Shown here: piece by piece, positions 47,072-57,751 of the stretch
Position numbering within the stretch: position 1 is the stretch's first letter
Layout of the letters: each line of letters begins with the position of its first letter
From: an uncultured Gammaproteobacteria bacterium
Lineage (GTDB): Bacteria; Patescibacteriota; Microgenomatia; UBA8517
Direction: 5' to 3'
Length of the DNA stretch: 64,000 nt
NCBI GenBank assembly: GCA_964430475.1
Contig: CAYSEQ010000001.1
Span: forward strand, 92,951 to 156,950
Notes under the pieces: model-generated
The model's input: only the letters and a program-made list of their open reading frames with translations
The model's database searches: none
Told to the model about the DNA's origin: nothing
Position numbers and translations under genes: made by a program

Positions 47072-48172
47072 TTATTTTAATTTGCTTTTGGTATACTTAT
47101 CAACTATTACTTTGATTTTTTCCTTAAATTTTTCCTTTGAAAATTTTTCAGCATTTTTAAAAAGTACATTTTTATCCCAAGGACCATGGCTCTCCATCAA
47201 ACCCACAGCTTCTATTATACTTTCTTTAGACTGTTCATCGAAGAAAATTCCAGTTTTCCCTTCAATTACCGTCTCTTTAGCCCCACCTTTTCTGTAGGCA
47301 ATAACAGGAGTGCCCGCTGCTTGTGCCTCAACCGCTACCATCCCAAAATCTTCTTCTTGAGGTTGTATCAGCGCTTTTGCATCAATATATAGTTTAATTA
47401 GCTCATCTTCTCTAACAAACGACTTGAAGGTAATATTCTTTCTAGCAAGTGATCGCAACTTTTTCTCCTCACTGCCAACACCAACTATTACAAGAGGCAA
47501 TGCTAAATCATTAAATGCCTCAATAACAAGATCGACGCGTTTATAAGGAACAAGCCTTGAGACCACAAGATAATACTTTTTCCGCGAAACGCTTTTTTTA
47601 CTAATTCTGACTATTTTTCTCACATCTACTGGTGGATATATTAATTGCGATGTTCTTCCATAAAACTTTCTAATTCTTTCTTGAACAGCCTTTGAAATTC
47701 CAACCATAACATCCGGTCTTTGAGCAGCTATTTTATCCCAATATCTAAGGTAACCAACTATAGGCTTAGAGAAAAAACTAAATAACTTTGACTTAAAATA
47801 AAAATGATAATGACTCCAAAGATATCTTGTAGGTGTAAGACAATAGCAGATGTGAAGAGTACTTGGTTTAGTAAGTATACCCTTCGCAGCTTCTGAGGTA
47901 ACCGAGATTACCAAGTCATACCCCTCAAAATTAAAGTATTCAAACGCAATTGGCATAAGGAAAGGAAAAATTTCATGATGATTTCTTATAAAGGGTAACT
48001 TTTGCAAAAACGATGTCTCTACAGAAGGGAAAGCTTTCGCCCATAAGGCTTTCCTGGGATTATAAACCGAAGTATAAAGTGGGGCTTTCGGGAAAATCTC
48101 ATGAAGTGTTAATAGTACCCTCTCTGCGCCACCCCACTTGTTTACTCTATCATAGACAATCGCTACCTTCAT
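47072..48172 (-). CDS. Family 4 glycosyltransferase
   Basis: EDFGMVAVEAQAAGTPVIAYRKGGAKETV. Confidence 0.7.
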   Translation of the reverse strand: MKVAIVYDRVNKWGGAERVLLTLHEIFPKAPLYTSVYNPRKALWAKAFPSVETSFLQKLPFIRNHHEIFPFLMPIAFEYFNFEGYDLVISVTSEAAKGILTKPSTLHICYCLTPTRYLWSHYHFYFKSKLFSFFSKPIVGYLRYWDKIAAQRPDVMVGISKAVQERIRKFYGRTSQLIYPPVDVRKIVRISKKSVSRKKYYLVVSRLVPYKRVDLVIEAFNDLALPLVIVGVGSEEKKLRSLARKNITFKSFVREDELIKLYIDAKALIQPQEEDFGMVAVEAQAAGTPVIAYRKGGAKETVIEGKTGIFFDEQSKESIIEAVGLMESHGPWDKNVLFKNAEKFSKEKFKEKIKVIVDKYTKSKLK

Positions 48173-48219
48173 TTTTTAAAGATTTGATTAGAAAATACTT
48201 TCATACACCTAACTGACGC

Positions 48220-49404
48220 TTAGTGCTTTTCTTCTATTACTCTTTCATACACACGAAAAGTTTCCTTAGCCATTCTTCTCCAGGAAAATTCCTTTGCAAA
48301 ATCCCTCCCTTTTTTCAAATACTCACGCCTTTTTCCTTGAGGCATTTTAAATATCTTTTCCATAACTTTTATCAAAGATTCTTCACTTGTAGGATCAAAA
48401 AAGAAAGCCTTATCTTTATAAACTTCTCTAAAAACAGGTATATCAGAAGCTATCACTAAGCAACCAGAAGCCATTGCCTCCAATCCCTGTAGACCAAATC
48501 CCTCAGAAAGAGATGGATATAAAAAAGCCAAAGAATTTTGATAAAGGACCCTTAAATCACTATCCTTTACAAAACCCAGAATTCTAACATAGCGCTGTGC
48601 GTTATTATTAACAATATAACCTTTTAGTCTTGATTTAAAAGAGTCTTTTATCCCTGCAATTACAAGCAAAGCATCCATTTTTTTCGTTTCGTTGAGTTTT
48701 TTAACTGCACGAACAGCAAGCTCCAAGTTTTTGTGAGGATAAGCATTTCCTACATAGAAAAAATAATTTTTATGCTTAAGATTGAAATTTCCAAGAAGTT
48801 TTTTTTCTAATCTTTTCCTCTCCAAAAAAAACCTCTGTACTCCTTCAGGCACAACCACAACTTTAGAAGGTTCAACTCCAAAATAACTTAAAATCTGCTT
48901 TTTGATTACTTTACTTGGTACAAAAATTTTTTTGGCTCTTAAGATAGAGTTCCTAAAAATAATTTTATAGGGAATTCGCTTTATCAAGTATCTATAAAAT
49001 GGCAAGGTTGTTGAATTTTTCCCTTGAAAATGCATTATCATATCGTGAATTGTTACAACAAAATCTCCATTGTAAAACATGGGTACATTAAAATGGGGGA
49101 AATGCACTAGGCTAGGTTTTTCTCGGTGTATTATAAATGGAATTTTTATTTGTTCGTCAATCGTATAGTGTTTTATGTCCGAAAGAATCTTATTCCAATT
49201 TTTGGGAAACTTTAATTGATTATAGTACTTTTTGCGCAGAAGGACGACAAAATTAAATTTCTCATATCTTTTATCAGAAAGTGAGAGAGTTTTAAGTTCT
49301 TTTATTAAATTTGCCACATACCTCCCAATTCCAGAGTTTTCTAAACCATACATTCTTCCATCAATTAATATCTTTTTTCCCATAAAAACTTCACTTTTAA
49401 CCAA
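48220..49404 (-). CDS. Family 4 glycosyltransferase
   Basis: SEGFGLQGLEAMASGCLVIASDIPVFREV. Confidence 0.75.
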   Translation of the reverse strand: MVKSEVFMGKKILIDGRMYGLENSGIGRYVANLIKELKTLSLSDKRYEKFNFVVLLRKKYYNQLKFPKNWNKILSDIKHYTIDEQIKIPFIIHREKPSLVHFPHFNVPMFYNGDFVVTIHDMIMHFQGKNSTTLPFYRYLIKRIPYKIIFRNSILRAKKIFVPSKVIKKQILSYFGVEPSKVVVVPEGVQRFFLERKRLEKKLLGNFNLKHKNYFFYVGNAYPHKNLELAVRAVKKLNETKKMDALLVIAGIKDSFKSRLKGYIVNNNAQRYVRILGFVKDSDLRVLYQNSLAFLYPSLSEGFGLQGLEAMASGCLVIASDIPVFREVYKDKAFFFDPTSEESLIKVMEKIFKMPQGKRREYLKKGRDFAKEFSWRRMAKETFRVYERVIEEKH

Positions 49405-50311
49405 AAAGCAATGTAGAAAAAAATCTTTTTAGTCTCATTAACCTTATTCCTAAAACAACAATATAATTTACAACTAAAGGATACCTTTTCCAAAGTCTTT
49501 TTCGATAAAAAATTTCCATCGATTCTACGCCAGCCATTCTAAATCTAAGCTTTTCCTCTAAACTAACTTTTACTTTTGAACTTTCACTCTTGCCTTTTGA
49601 AACACCTTTAAAGTGGATAATCGTAGCGTTCGGATAATAAACTATTTTCCAGCCTCGCATTTTTATCCGCCAACACAAGTCCACATCCTCCCCATCCAAG
49701 AAATAATCTTCATCAAACCAACCAACCTCGTCTAAAACTTTCCTCCGGGTCAAGAAAAACGCTCCTTGTGCTACATCTATCTCATGCTCAATATCCGCTG
49801 GAATCCATCCATACCAATATTGACCAAAAAGCCTAGAATTTGGGAAAAGTTTATCCAACCCAGTCAAAAGGTGAACAAAACCTATCCATGGTGTAATAAA
49901 CTTTCTCCTTGCGTCTTTATCTAAATCTCCATTTGGAAGAAGAATCTTACACGATAAAACACCTACATCCTGGTGTAAATCCAAGTAGCTAACCGTATTT
50001 TTCAAGGTATCTTTATTAACCAGCGTATCGGAATTTAAGAACAAAACATACCTCCCTCTACAAACATCTTTTGCCTTATTATTTCCTTTAGCAAAACCTA
50101 GATTTTTTTTATTGACTATTAGCTTAACCCAAGGGAATTTTTTTCTAACAAGATATTGGGATCCATCAGTCGAAGCATTATCGATAACGATGATTTCGCT
50201 TTCCACCTCATTTTTCACTTTAACCAATGAAAGTAAACAATTCTCAAGAAATTCTTTGGTGTTGAAGTTAAGAATTACAATGGAAAGTTTAGGTTTTTTC
50301 ATTTCTAGCAA
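49397..50311 (-). CDS. Family 2 glycosyltransferase (WbbL/rhamnosyltransferase-like)
   Basis: LSIVILNFNT...IIVIDNASTDGS...KNLGFAKGNN. Confidence 0.75.
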   Translation of the reverse strand: MLEMKKPKLSIVILNFNTKEFLENCLLSLVKVKNEVESEIIVIDNASTDGSQYLVRKKFPWVKLIVNKKNLGFAKGNNKAKDVCRGRYVLFLNSDTLVNKDTLKNTVSYLDLHQDVGVLSCKILLPNGDLDKDARRKFITPWIGFVHLLTGLDKLFPNSRLFGQYWYGWIPADIEHEIDVAQGAFFLTRRKVLDEVGWFDEDYFLDGEDVDLCWRIKMRGWKIVYYPNATIIHFKGVSKGKSESSKVKVSLEEKLRFRMAGVESMEIFYRKRLWKRYPLVVNYIVVLGIRLMRLKRFFSTLLFG

Positions 50312-51503
50312 CTTTTAATAAATCCTCATAAATTTTGTCGTGAAGTTTTACTATTACCTCCCAATCGTAGTACTTCCTTACATGATCTTGACCTTTCTTA
50401 CCAATTCTTTCTGCTAAAACTTCGTCTTTCAAAAGCATGACTGCCTTTCTAGCAAGTTCTTCGTAAGAATTCGCTATCAAAACATTAACGCCATCCATCA
50501 CATTCAAACCCGCTATTCCAATACTTGTTGAAATTACAGGAAGCCCCGTAGCCATTGCCTCAAGAATCTTTAACCTAGTACCCCCCTCACCCATTATAGG
50601 CGCAACCATTATACTTGATTTCCTATAAGCATCTCTCGCATCAGCAATATTTTCGGTAATCTCAATATCTTCGTTCTTTTTAGATTCCTCTTTCAACCAC
50701 ATTGGGATTCTACGACCTACTATCCAAACTTTTGCATTTTTATATTCCCTTTTAATTAAGGGCCAAACCTTTTTAACTAAAATTTCCGTTGCTTCCTGGT
50801 TTTGCAGCCACTCAAAATTAGTCACACCATATAAAATTCTTGGTGGTTTTATCCTTTCTATCTTCTTCTCCATAAAAAATTTAACATCTACTCCATTTGG
50901 AATTATTTCAATTTTTTTATTTGGTACAAGTTTAAGCATTTCTTTTCTGTCTTCTTCGGAAACAGCAAATAATCTATCTGCCTTATTCCAATAATATTTC
51001 TCCCAAAACCTAACTTTGTAGACATCTAGCATAAACATCGGCCTCAAAATCAAAGGCACTTTTACATCCACATGATGTTTGTAGACCTTGTGCCATATTG
51101 TCTGTTCTACCAAAATTGTAGGGATATCTGTTTTTCCCAGATGCGGCATTACATAAAAGGTTTCTGCATGAATTAGGTCATATCTTTCAGACTTGAGTTC
51201 GTTCCTAATCTCCTTTCTTTCTTCAAAAGAGGAATTTCTGACAACTAAAAGTGGAAAGGGGCCGAAAACAGAAAGAAAGATGTTTCTTATGGTCCAGGGT
51301 TTTCTTGGTCTTTCAAAAACTTTGACCTTTTTACAATATTTTTTTAACTCTGGGATAAACTTACGCTCTGATTCATCTTTAATTAATGAAAAAAGCGTTA
51401 TCTCGTGTTGCCTAGCTAAATATTTAATGATGTTATACCAACGCGTTTGGCCGCCACTCATTGTAATAGTTGGCAAATATGGAACAAGCATTAAAATCTT
51501 CAT
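50289..51503 (-). CDS. Family 4 glycosyltransferase
   Basis: GEGGTRLKILEAMATGLPVISTSIG. Confidence 0.75.
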   Translation of the reverse strand: MKILMLVPYLPTITMSGGQTRWYNIIKYLARQHEITLFSLIKDESERKFIPELKKYCKKVKVFERPRKPWTIRNIFLSVFGPFPLLVVRNSSFEERKEIRNELKSERYDLIHAETFYVMPHLGKTDIPTILVEQTIWHKVYKHHVDVKVPLILRPMFMLDVYKVRFWEKYYWNKADRLFAVSEEDRKEMLKLVPNKKIEIIPNGVDVKFFMEKKIERIKPPRILYGVTNFEWLQNQEATEILVKKVWPLIKREYKNAKVWIVGRRIPMWLKEESKKNEDIEITENIADARDAYRKSSIMVAPIMGEGGTRLKILEAMATGLPVISTSIGIAGLNVMDGVNVLIANSYEELARKAVMLLKDEVLAERIGKKGQDHVRKYYDWEVIVKLHDKIYEDLLKVARNEKT

Positions 51504-51505
51504 TT

Positions 51506-53095
51506 TTACTTAAGTTTTAATATTACATAACTGTCAGTTTTTTCTAATACCTTAAATCTTCTAATAAATTCTTGGGTTTGGGGATTATCTAGATTAACCG
51601 AAGCATAATATAGTGCTCCTTCTGATATTAATTCCTCTATTGGCAATTCCACCACTGGCCAACCTCTCCTTTTTGTTTGATAAAGAAATGCCGTATCACC
51701 ATTATAATCTGCAATAACCAATGCATCTTTAGGAGTTAACCTCTGTACTGCGAGGCCTGCTTCCACTATCTCTGGATGATTAATTTTATAAAACTCCTTG
51801 ACCTGATAGACCCCTAAAATAAAGCCTAAGAAAACTAGCACAATAAGACCTATTCTTAAGTAATTTCTTTTTAAAATGCGTAAGTTCCAAAGATATACCA
51901 AACCAGAAGAAAAACCTAAAGATACAGCAGGGATAGCAATCGCCTGATAGTAATCGTGCCTTACATTAGCAGTAGCAAAGACGCTCACATAAAAAAACAT
52001 TCCTATTAAAAAAACATTAATAAAGTTTCTAGACTTTTCATTAATAAAACCAAAGAAAAATGGTATCAAACCAAAATAGCCTAGAATAAGTTTTGAAAGT
52101 CTTTCACCAAATATCCAGTACCAAAAAGCTGGCTTAAACCTAATCCCATCACCATTAAAAGTCCACTTCCAAAAAGGAATCCCCTCAGGAAAGTTTAACA
52201 TCCAAATTCTCCATAAAGTAAAGGGGAGAAAAATTATAATGAAGGTGAAAATTAAGGACTTTTGTCTAAAAAATTTAAACGAGTATTTTTTATATCCGAT
52301 AAATACTGCGGGAAATAGATAAAAAACGAAATAAGGCTTTACAAGTAAAGCAATACTTAATGCTACCCCAGATAAAAAAAGAAAAGATCTTTTTTCAGTC
52401 TCGATAAATCTTAAGAAAAGATAAAGACTGATACATCCAAAAAAAATCCCCAGAGGCTCAGGTAAAATCACTCTACTGAAATAAATATTGTAAGGCAAAA
52501 GAAGATAAAAAATTCCAGCTATTAAACCAGCAGTTTCAGAGATTAATTTTTTAGCGAGAAAAAACAATATCAACCCGGTTCCTAAAGATGCGAATATTGA
52601 TATGAGTCTACCCCAAACTTCTAAAGAAAAAAAACTCAAATATTTTGCCAAAAGTGCATTTAAAAAGTTATAGATTGGAAACTCTACAAAACGATACCCT
52701 TCAGGATTAAATAAACCACTTTGCACCCTTGAAATGTCATGATATTTAGGGTGGAGCAAATCTATACCATTCTCCAAATATATTCTTGTAACAGAAGCGG
52801 TATCTGCTTGTCTAAATGAATGCCAATCGGCAATAGGAGAATTGATTCTATAAAGCCGAAGTAAAAACCCAACCAAAACAGTAAAAATTAAGACTATGGA
52901 TGAAATTCTTTTATCTTCAAAAAATTTAAATTTATACTTTTTCTTCAAACGCCACACAGTATAGATCAAAATTAACAAAACTAGCAATAAGACAACAAAG
53001 AGTATGTCGTAATATTTAGTAAACAAAATTTTCAACAATAGGTAATTCATTTTTTCCGTTCTAGTAGTGAAATACACATACCCATAATGAGCCAA
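51506..53095 (-). CDS. GT-C fold membrane glycosyltransferase (ArnT/PMT-like) with a C-terminal extracytoplasmic domain
   Basis: About 11 TM helices. The first-loop motif is ADWHSFRQADTA, and there is a soluble C-terminal domain of about 100 aa. Confidence 0.45.
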   Translation of the reverse strand: MAHYGYVYFTTRTEKMNYLLLKILFTKYYDILFVVLLLVLLILIYTVWRLKKKYKFKFFEDKRISSIVLIFTVLVGFLLRLYRINSPIADWHSFRQADTASVTRIYLENGIDLLHPKYHDISRVQSGLFNPEGYRFVEFPIYNFLNALLAKYLSFFSLEVWGRLISIFASLGTGLILFFLAKKLISETAGLIAGIFYLLLPYNIYFSRVILPEPLGIFFGCISLYLFLRFIETEKRSFLFLSGVALSIALLVKPYFVFYLFPAVFIGYKKYSFKFFRQKSLIFTFIIIFLPFTLWRIWMLNFPEGIPFWKWTFNGDGIRFKPAFWYWIFGERLSKLILGYFGLIPFFFGFINEKSRNFINVFLIGMFFYVSVFATANVRHDYYQAIAIPAVSLGFSSGLVYLWNLRILKRNYLRIGLIVLVFLGFILGVYQVKEFYKINHPEIVEAGLAVQRLTPKDALVIADYNGDTAFLYQTKRRGWPVVELPIEELISEGALYYASVNLDNPQTQEFIRRFKVLEKTDSYVILKLK

Positions 53096-54450
53096 AAACA
53101 GATAGCAAATTTAGAAGCTTCAAATATGTCAATAAAAAATGCATTTAAGAAAATTCCAGGCAATGCACCTAAAACCCCACCGATAAGAGAAAGTACTGCA
53201 ACATCTTTATACTGCTGAAGTGGGAAAAAAAGTAAAAATCTTCTTAAAATGTTTATAAAAATAAGGAAAAATGAAAGGAAACCTAAGATTCCAACTTCCC
53301 CTAAAAGACGTAAAAAATCATTATCTGTAGCTAATGTAATAGATGAATAACCCGTTCCTAAAATAGGATTTTTTGTAAATGCTCTCAACGCCCGAGGCCA
53401 TTCAACATTTAATCTAATATTAGTAGACCTGTCCTCTGATTGGACCTCATTTTTTGTTGGAGAAAAATTCTCGTTGTTTTCAAAAAGAATTTCACTCTGA
53501 GCAAGTACTAGTTTAGGTTTATAAAGGTAATTTAAAAGATTAAATTCTAAAAACCTTTCGCTAGTCACCTTAAAAATACGCATATATCGTGACATTAAAC
53601 TAGGTGAAAAGAAAGTGAACAAAAAACTAACTATTAATACCAGTAAAATGGTTCTATATTTTTTCAAAAAAACTAAACTTATGACAACTGCCAAAATATA
53701 AGAAACGAATGAGATTCTTGATGCAGCGTTAACCAGAAGCCATAACCCACTAAGCCATATAAAAAAAGAGGTTATTTTTGTCTTCTTCTCATTTGAACTG
53801 ACAAATATAGAAACTACGATTGGAAGGGTAAGCACTAAAAATGCAGCAAGATCATAATGCCCTGCAAAAGTTGAATTTATATGAGCGCCTTCAACATATC
53901 TTAAAGCTATGCCCTTTGAATATTCCTCATTCTGTGTAATCACCATGGGCCAGTCCAAATATCTTTGTCCGAATCCGTATATAAACACTATGGCAATAAC
54001 TACGAAAATTATCTTCACAAAGTAATCAATGGCGTTGGGATTTCTTCTAGCAAACTCTAATCCAATGAAAAATGGAATAAAGTACTCAACCCTTCTTAGC
54101 CAATGTAAAAAACCTATATGAGGCACAACTGTGGAGGTTATAAAGATAGCTGATAAAAGAGAAATAAAACCTGACAATAAAAAAATCAAAATTGACCTGT
54201 TAATTTGATCTTTTAAGAAACTTCTTAAAGAACTACTTACTAAAAATAAAAATAGAATGCCGGAAAGGGCTAGTAAAAAGTCCTCAATCCGTATGGAAAC
54301 AAATGTTCCCGGAACCCTAATAAGGGGAAATTTAGGATAAAGGGTTACAAAAATAAAAATCATCGAGACCGTATATTTGAGCAATGGATTAAGCCATAAT
54401 AAACGCTTTAGCATATGCTTTTGCTGCCTCCTTTCCTGATAAAATTCCAA
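53047..54450 (-). CDS. O-antigen ligase / Wzy_C-family polytopic membrane protein
   Basis: ILGTGYSSITLATDNDFLRLLGEVGILGFLSF matches the Wzy_C signature (GxGxG...H/N..yL..l.E.GiiG). Confidence 0.5.
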   Translation of the reverse strand: MEFYQERRQQKHMLKRLLWLNPLLKYTVSMIFIFVTLYPKFPLIRVPGTFVSIRIEDFLLALSGILFLFLVSSSLRSFLKDQINRSILIFLLSGFISLLSAIFITSTVVPHIGFLHWLRRVEYFIPFFIGLEFARRNPNAIDYFVKIIFVVIAIVFIYGFGQRYLDWPMVITQNEEYSKGIALRYVEGAHINSTFAGHYDLAAFLVLTLPIVVSIFVSSNEKKTKITSFFIWLSGLWLLVNAASRISFVSYILAVVISLVFLKKYRTILLVLIVSFLFTFFSPSLMSRYMRIFKVTSERFLEFNLLNYLYKPKLVLAQSEILFENNENFSPTKNEVQSEDRSTNIRLNVEWPRALRAFTKNPILGTGYSSITLATDNDFLRLLGEVGILGFLSFFLIFINILRRFLLFFPLQQYKDVAVLSLIGGVLGALPGIFLNAFFIDIFEASKFAICFWLIMGMCISLLERKK

Positions 54451-55309
54451 ACAATATCATCCTCCAAAACGCACCCAGCTTTAGCAATAACCTTAAAACT
54501 GGATACTGCCACTTTGGATAATGCTTTCTGAAAAACAACTTTATTCCTTCAAATTCGTGTAAAACATGGGACCAGGAACTCCCACTTGCCCCACCATAAT
54601 GAGTTATAAACCATGTAGGAATATAAAAAATCTTCCAGCCGCGCGCTCTTGCTCTATAGCAAAGATCAACATCTTCCGTATACATAAAAAAATCTCTATC
54701 AAAACCACCAGTTTGTTCATAAACTTGCCTTCTCACAAACATAAAGGCTCCTGTAACCCAATCAAGTTCTTGCTTTATTTTAAAAAAACCTGCACCCTTA
54801 TTAAAAAATCTTGAATGGACTGGATGAAATGGTTTAATCAACTTATCCACTAAAGGAATATCCTGGATAATCATCCATGAAAACACTCTCAGAAGAGTTG
54901 GAAAATATCCGCCTGGTCCTTGCAATTTTCCATCTTTTCCTTTGAGGGCGCATGTCGATATACCTATATCAAGATTTTTATCCATCCAAGAAACCATCTT
55001 ACCCAAGACATTGTCGTGAATAAGCGTATCCGAGTTTAATAGCAAGATATATCTTCCCCTTGATACTTTCATTCCCTGATTGTTCGCTCTTCCAAATCCT
55101 ACATTTTTTTTATTTTCAATTACTTTCATCTCAACTTCTGAAAGATTTTTCTCAAGCTTTTTTAAAATGTTTCTTGAATTGTCAGACGACGCATTATCCA
55201 CAACGATAATCTCGTACGAAATATTCCGAGTATTCCTAACAACAGATAAAATTGCATTTTTAACAAGCTTTTCTGTATTAAAGTTAACAATTATAATTGA
55301 AAGATCCAT
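54389..55309 (-). CDS. Family 2 glycosyltransferase (WbbL-like)
   Basis: LSIIIVNFNT...IIVVDNASSDNS...KNVGFGRANN. Confidence 0.75.
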   Translation of the reverse strand: MDLSIIIVNFNTEKLVKNAILSVVRNTRNISYEIIVVDNASSDNSRNILKKLEKNLSEVEMKVIENKKNVGFGRANNQGMKVSRGRYILLLNSDTLIHDNVLGKMVSWMDKNLDIGISTCALKGKDGKLQGPGGYFPTLLRVFSWMIIQDIPLVDKLIKPFHPVHSRFFNKGAGFFKIKQELDWVTGAFMFVRRQVYEQTGGFDRDFFMYTEDVDLCYRARARGWKIFYIPTWFITHYGGASGSSWSHVLHEFEGIKLFFRKHYPKWQYPVLRLLLKLGAFWRMILFGILSGKEAAKAYAKAFIMA

Positions 55310-55857
55310 TTCTTTTTTATCTCCTTATAAAGGCTAACCACACTCATGGTAAAATTTTGGATAAGAACTGGAATAAAAAGAATTGTTATAACCCCTAGAA
55401 GAAACCTTATCAGTAAATTTGAATAAACCATTTTCACAGTAACTTTCTGATTCCACTTTTTTCCATTTATATAAATTGCATCTTTAGCATGTTTCGGTTC
55501 AAAACCGTTTACAAACAAGCTCTCCCGCATTGGGTGAACTATTTCTTCTAAAAAAGTGCTTCTAGTTTGGTCGCGAATCAATATTTGAGCCTCTTCAGGA
55601 GGGTAATTAAGCCTGAATGTGAGAAAGTGTAAGTCAAACGGTCCCAATTTCTGCATATAATCCTGATAATGCTTAAGAACGCTTGCCCTATCTAAATCGC
55701 TATAATAAGCTCTTCTTAAAGGGGTTTCTGTATCAGCAGGTTCGTTGGACTGAAGAGAATTCGGTGGAGGTGGAGGAAATTGAGGTTGAGGCAAGAGAAG
55801 ATAAGTAAGAAAAACAAATGATATTAAAATGTATACAATTTTCACAATACTTTTCAT
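55291..55857 (-). CDS. Hypothetical bitopic protein with a poly-proline linker
   Basis: An N-terminal TM, a PQPQFPPPPP linker, a globular domain of about 110 aa and a C-terminal TM. Confidence 0.35.
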   Translation of the reverse strand: MKSIVKIVYILISFVFLTYLLLPQPQFPPPPPNSLQSNEPADTETPLRRAYYSDLDRASVLKHYQDYMQKLGPFDLHFLTFRLNYPPEEAQILIRDQTRSTFLEEIVHPMRESLFVNGFEPKHAKDAIYINGKKWNQKVTVKMVYSNLLIRFLLGVITILFIPVLIQNFTMSVVSLYKEIKKKWIFQL

Positions 55858-55875
55858 GAGAATATAAATTACTCA

Positions 55876-56598
55876 TTATTGGAAAAGCCTGGCTCTCCCT
55901 AGTCTATAGTTTAAATTTCTAACTTCTCTTTCGCCGATGACCTTTGCCGGAATCCCAGCAACTATTTTATAATCGTCAACATCCTTAGTAACCACAGCAC
56001 CAGCTGCAACAACCGCTCCTTTACCTATCTTTACTCCTGGTAAAATTATGGCTCTGGGACCAACAAAAACGTAATCCTCTATCTTAACTTTGGCATTAAC
56101 TGCTCGAAAAAACGGATCGTTGATATTATGCTCTGAGTTGTAAATCAGAACTTGTGAGGCTATATCTACATGATTTCCAATCTCAAGTAGGTCTCTACCG
56201 TCGAGGAAAGCGTTTTCTCCTATTTTGGTATCCTCGCCAATTTTAACATTTTTAGGTTCAAAAAATCTACATCCCATATGAATCGTAGAACCCCTTCCTA
56301 TTTTTACGCCAGCTAATTTGAAAACTAAGTGCCTTATTGTTGCAAAGGGCACATGAAGACTTACTAAATGGATGAAAAAAAGCTTAAGATCAAGATACCA
56401 ATTATAAAATCTTAGCAAAATCTTCTCTTTTGCTTGTTTCAAACTTAACTTCCTTCCGTATTTATCCATGAAAACAATTCCTTTTGACGATACTCTGATA
56501 TTTTCTGAAAATAACATTTTAAAAATTTGTTCCGATTTTATGGACTTTTTATTGTATTTTCTAATAAATCTAGAGTTTCCCTGGCAGACTTTTGCCAC
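55876..56598 (-). CDS. Hexapeptide-repeat (left-handed beta-helix) sugar O-acetyltransferase
   Basis: [40 protein letters not shown]. The true start is probably the internal Met (MDKYG, about nt 56466), which avoids the 61-nt overlap. Confidence 0.7.
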   Translation of the reverse strand: MAKVCQGNSRFIRKYNKKSIKSEQIFKMLFSENIRVSSKGIVFMDKYGRKLSLKQAKEKILLRFYNWYLDLKLFFIHLVSLHVPFATIRHLVFKLAGVKIGRGSTIHMGCRFFEPKNVKIGEDTKIGENAFLDGRDLLEIGNHVDIASQVLIYNSEHNINDPFFRAVNAKVKIEDYVFVGPRAIILPGVKIGKGAVVAAGAVVTKDVDDYKIVAGIPAKVIGEREVRNLNYRLGRARLFQ

Positions 56599-57659
56599 GA
56601 AAAGTTTTTCACGCGTTTTAAACCTCTTTCTATTAACTTATTTTTTTCTTTTTGACTCATACTAAGAATTGTTTTCAGTCCACCAGCAATACTTTCTATA
56701 TTATAAGGGTTTACATATATACCTGCATCTTTTACAATTTCAGGAAGACTTGCAACTTTACTCACTACAACCGGTGTTCCACAAGCCATACTACTTAAGA
56801 CATCCATACCAAATCCTTCCCAAAATGATGGCAAAACATACAATTCTGCAGCAGTTAAGAGTGCGGCCTTTTCTTTTTCACTCACATAACCTGTAAATAA
56901 AACATTTTTTTCTAATTTTAAATCCTTTATCTTCTTAAAGATTGGATGATAAAGCCATCCCTTCTTTCCTGCGATTACCAAAAGACAATCAAATTCCTTA
57001 ACTATGTTTTTATAAGCCTCTAAAAGTCCTTCAACATTTTTACTAGGCTTTAATGTTGATAAAAAAAGGATATACTTTTTGTATATCCTATATTTTTTAA
57101 GAATTCGTCGCACAAAATTTTTAGAAATTTTTGTGTTGAAGTTATCTTTATCAAATCCATGATAAATTATTTTCACTTTTTTTGAGGCAAAAGGATAATG
57201 TCGTACAATATCATTAGCTGTAGATTTTGACGGAGAAATGATATATTTTGATACAGATATTGAAATAGCACTCCAGTATTTTAACTGCCAAAAATCGTAT
57301 TTTCTAAATTGGCCCGAAAATTTGAGATAACCTAGGTCATGTATTGTACAAATCATCGGTGCACGCGAGAAAATCGGTAAATAATGCGATGGTGAAAAAA
57401 ACACATCTAACTTTTCAGTCGTCAAAAGCCGAGGCATTAAACCGGTCAAGACCCAAAATTTCCCACTAGGAAAAATCTTATATTCCCAAAAGGGATTGCT
57501 TCTGGGCATATCTTCATTTGGAGGATTTTTTAAATAAATTCTAAACCTTAGATTATTATCCTGTAGTTTGTGAAGATTAACTAGTATTTGCCACGCGTAT
57601 TGATTGACTCCAACTTTCTCCGTCACATTTGCTTCGTTTCCATCAATCCCTATCAACAT
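56538..57659 (-). CDS. Family 4 glycosyltransferase
   Basis: [31 protein letters not shown]. Confidence 0.75.
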   Translation of the reverse strand: MLIGIDGNEANVTEKVGVNQYAWQILVNLHKLQDNNLRFRIYLKNPPNEDMPRSNPFWEYKIFPSGKFWVLTGLMPRLLTTEKLDVFFSPSHYLPIFSRAPMICTIHDLGYLKFSGQFRKYDFWQLKYWSAISISVSKYIISPSKSTANDIVRHYPFASKKVKIIYHGFDKDNFNTKISKNFVRRILKKYRIYKKYILFLSTLKPSKNVEGLLEAYKNIVKEFDCLLVIAGKKGWLYHPIFKKIKDLKLEKNVLFTGYVSEKEKAALLTAAELYVLPSFWEGFGMDVLSSMACGTPVVVSKVASLPEIVKDAGIYVNPYNIESIAGGLKTILSMSQKEKNKLIERGLKRVKNFSWQKSARETLDLLENTIKSP

Positions 57660-57751
57660 AAACTTTTATATGAAAGTAATTTTAAATGTGATAACCTTAT
57701 TTTTCAATTTTTGACTTCCTATCCTTATAATTTAAGTAATAAAAGTTAAAT

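Noticed and set aside
55876-56598. Long N-terminal extension of the acetyltransferase overlapping the upstream GT4 by 61 nt
   Set aside because: The extension is probably untranslated. An internal Met (MDKYG...) near nt 56466 gives a normal-length hexapeptide-repeat enzyme.
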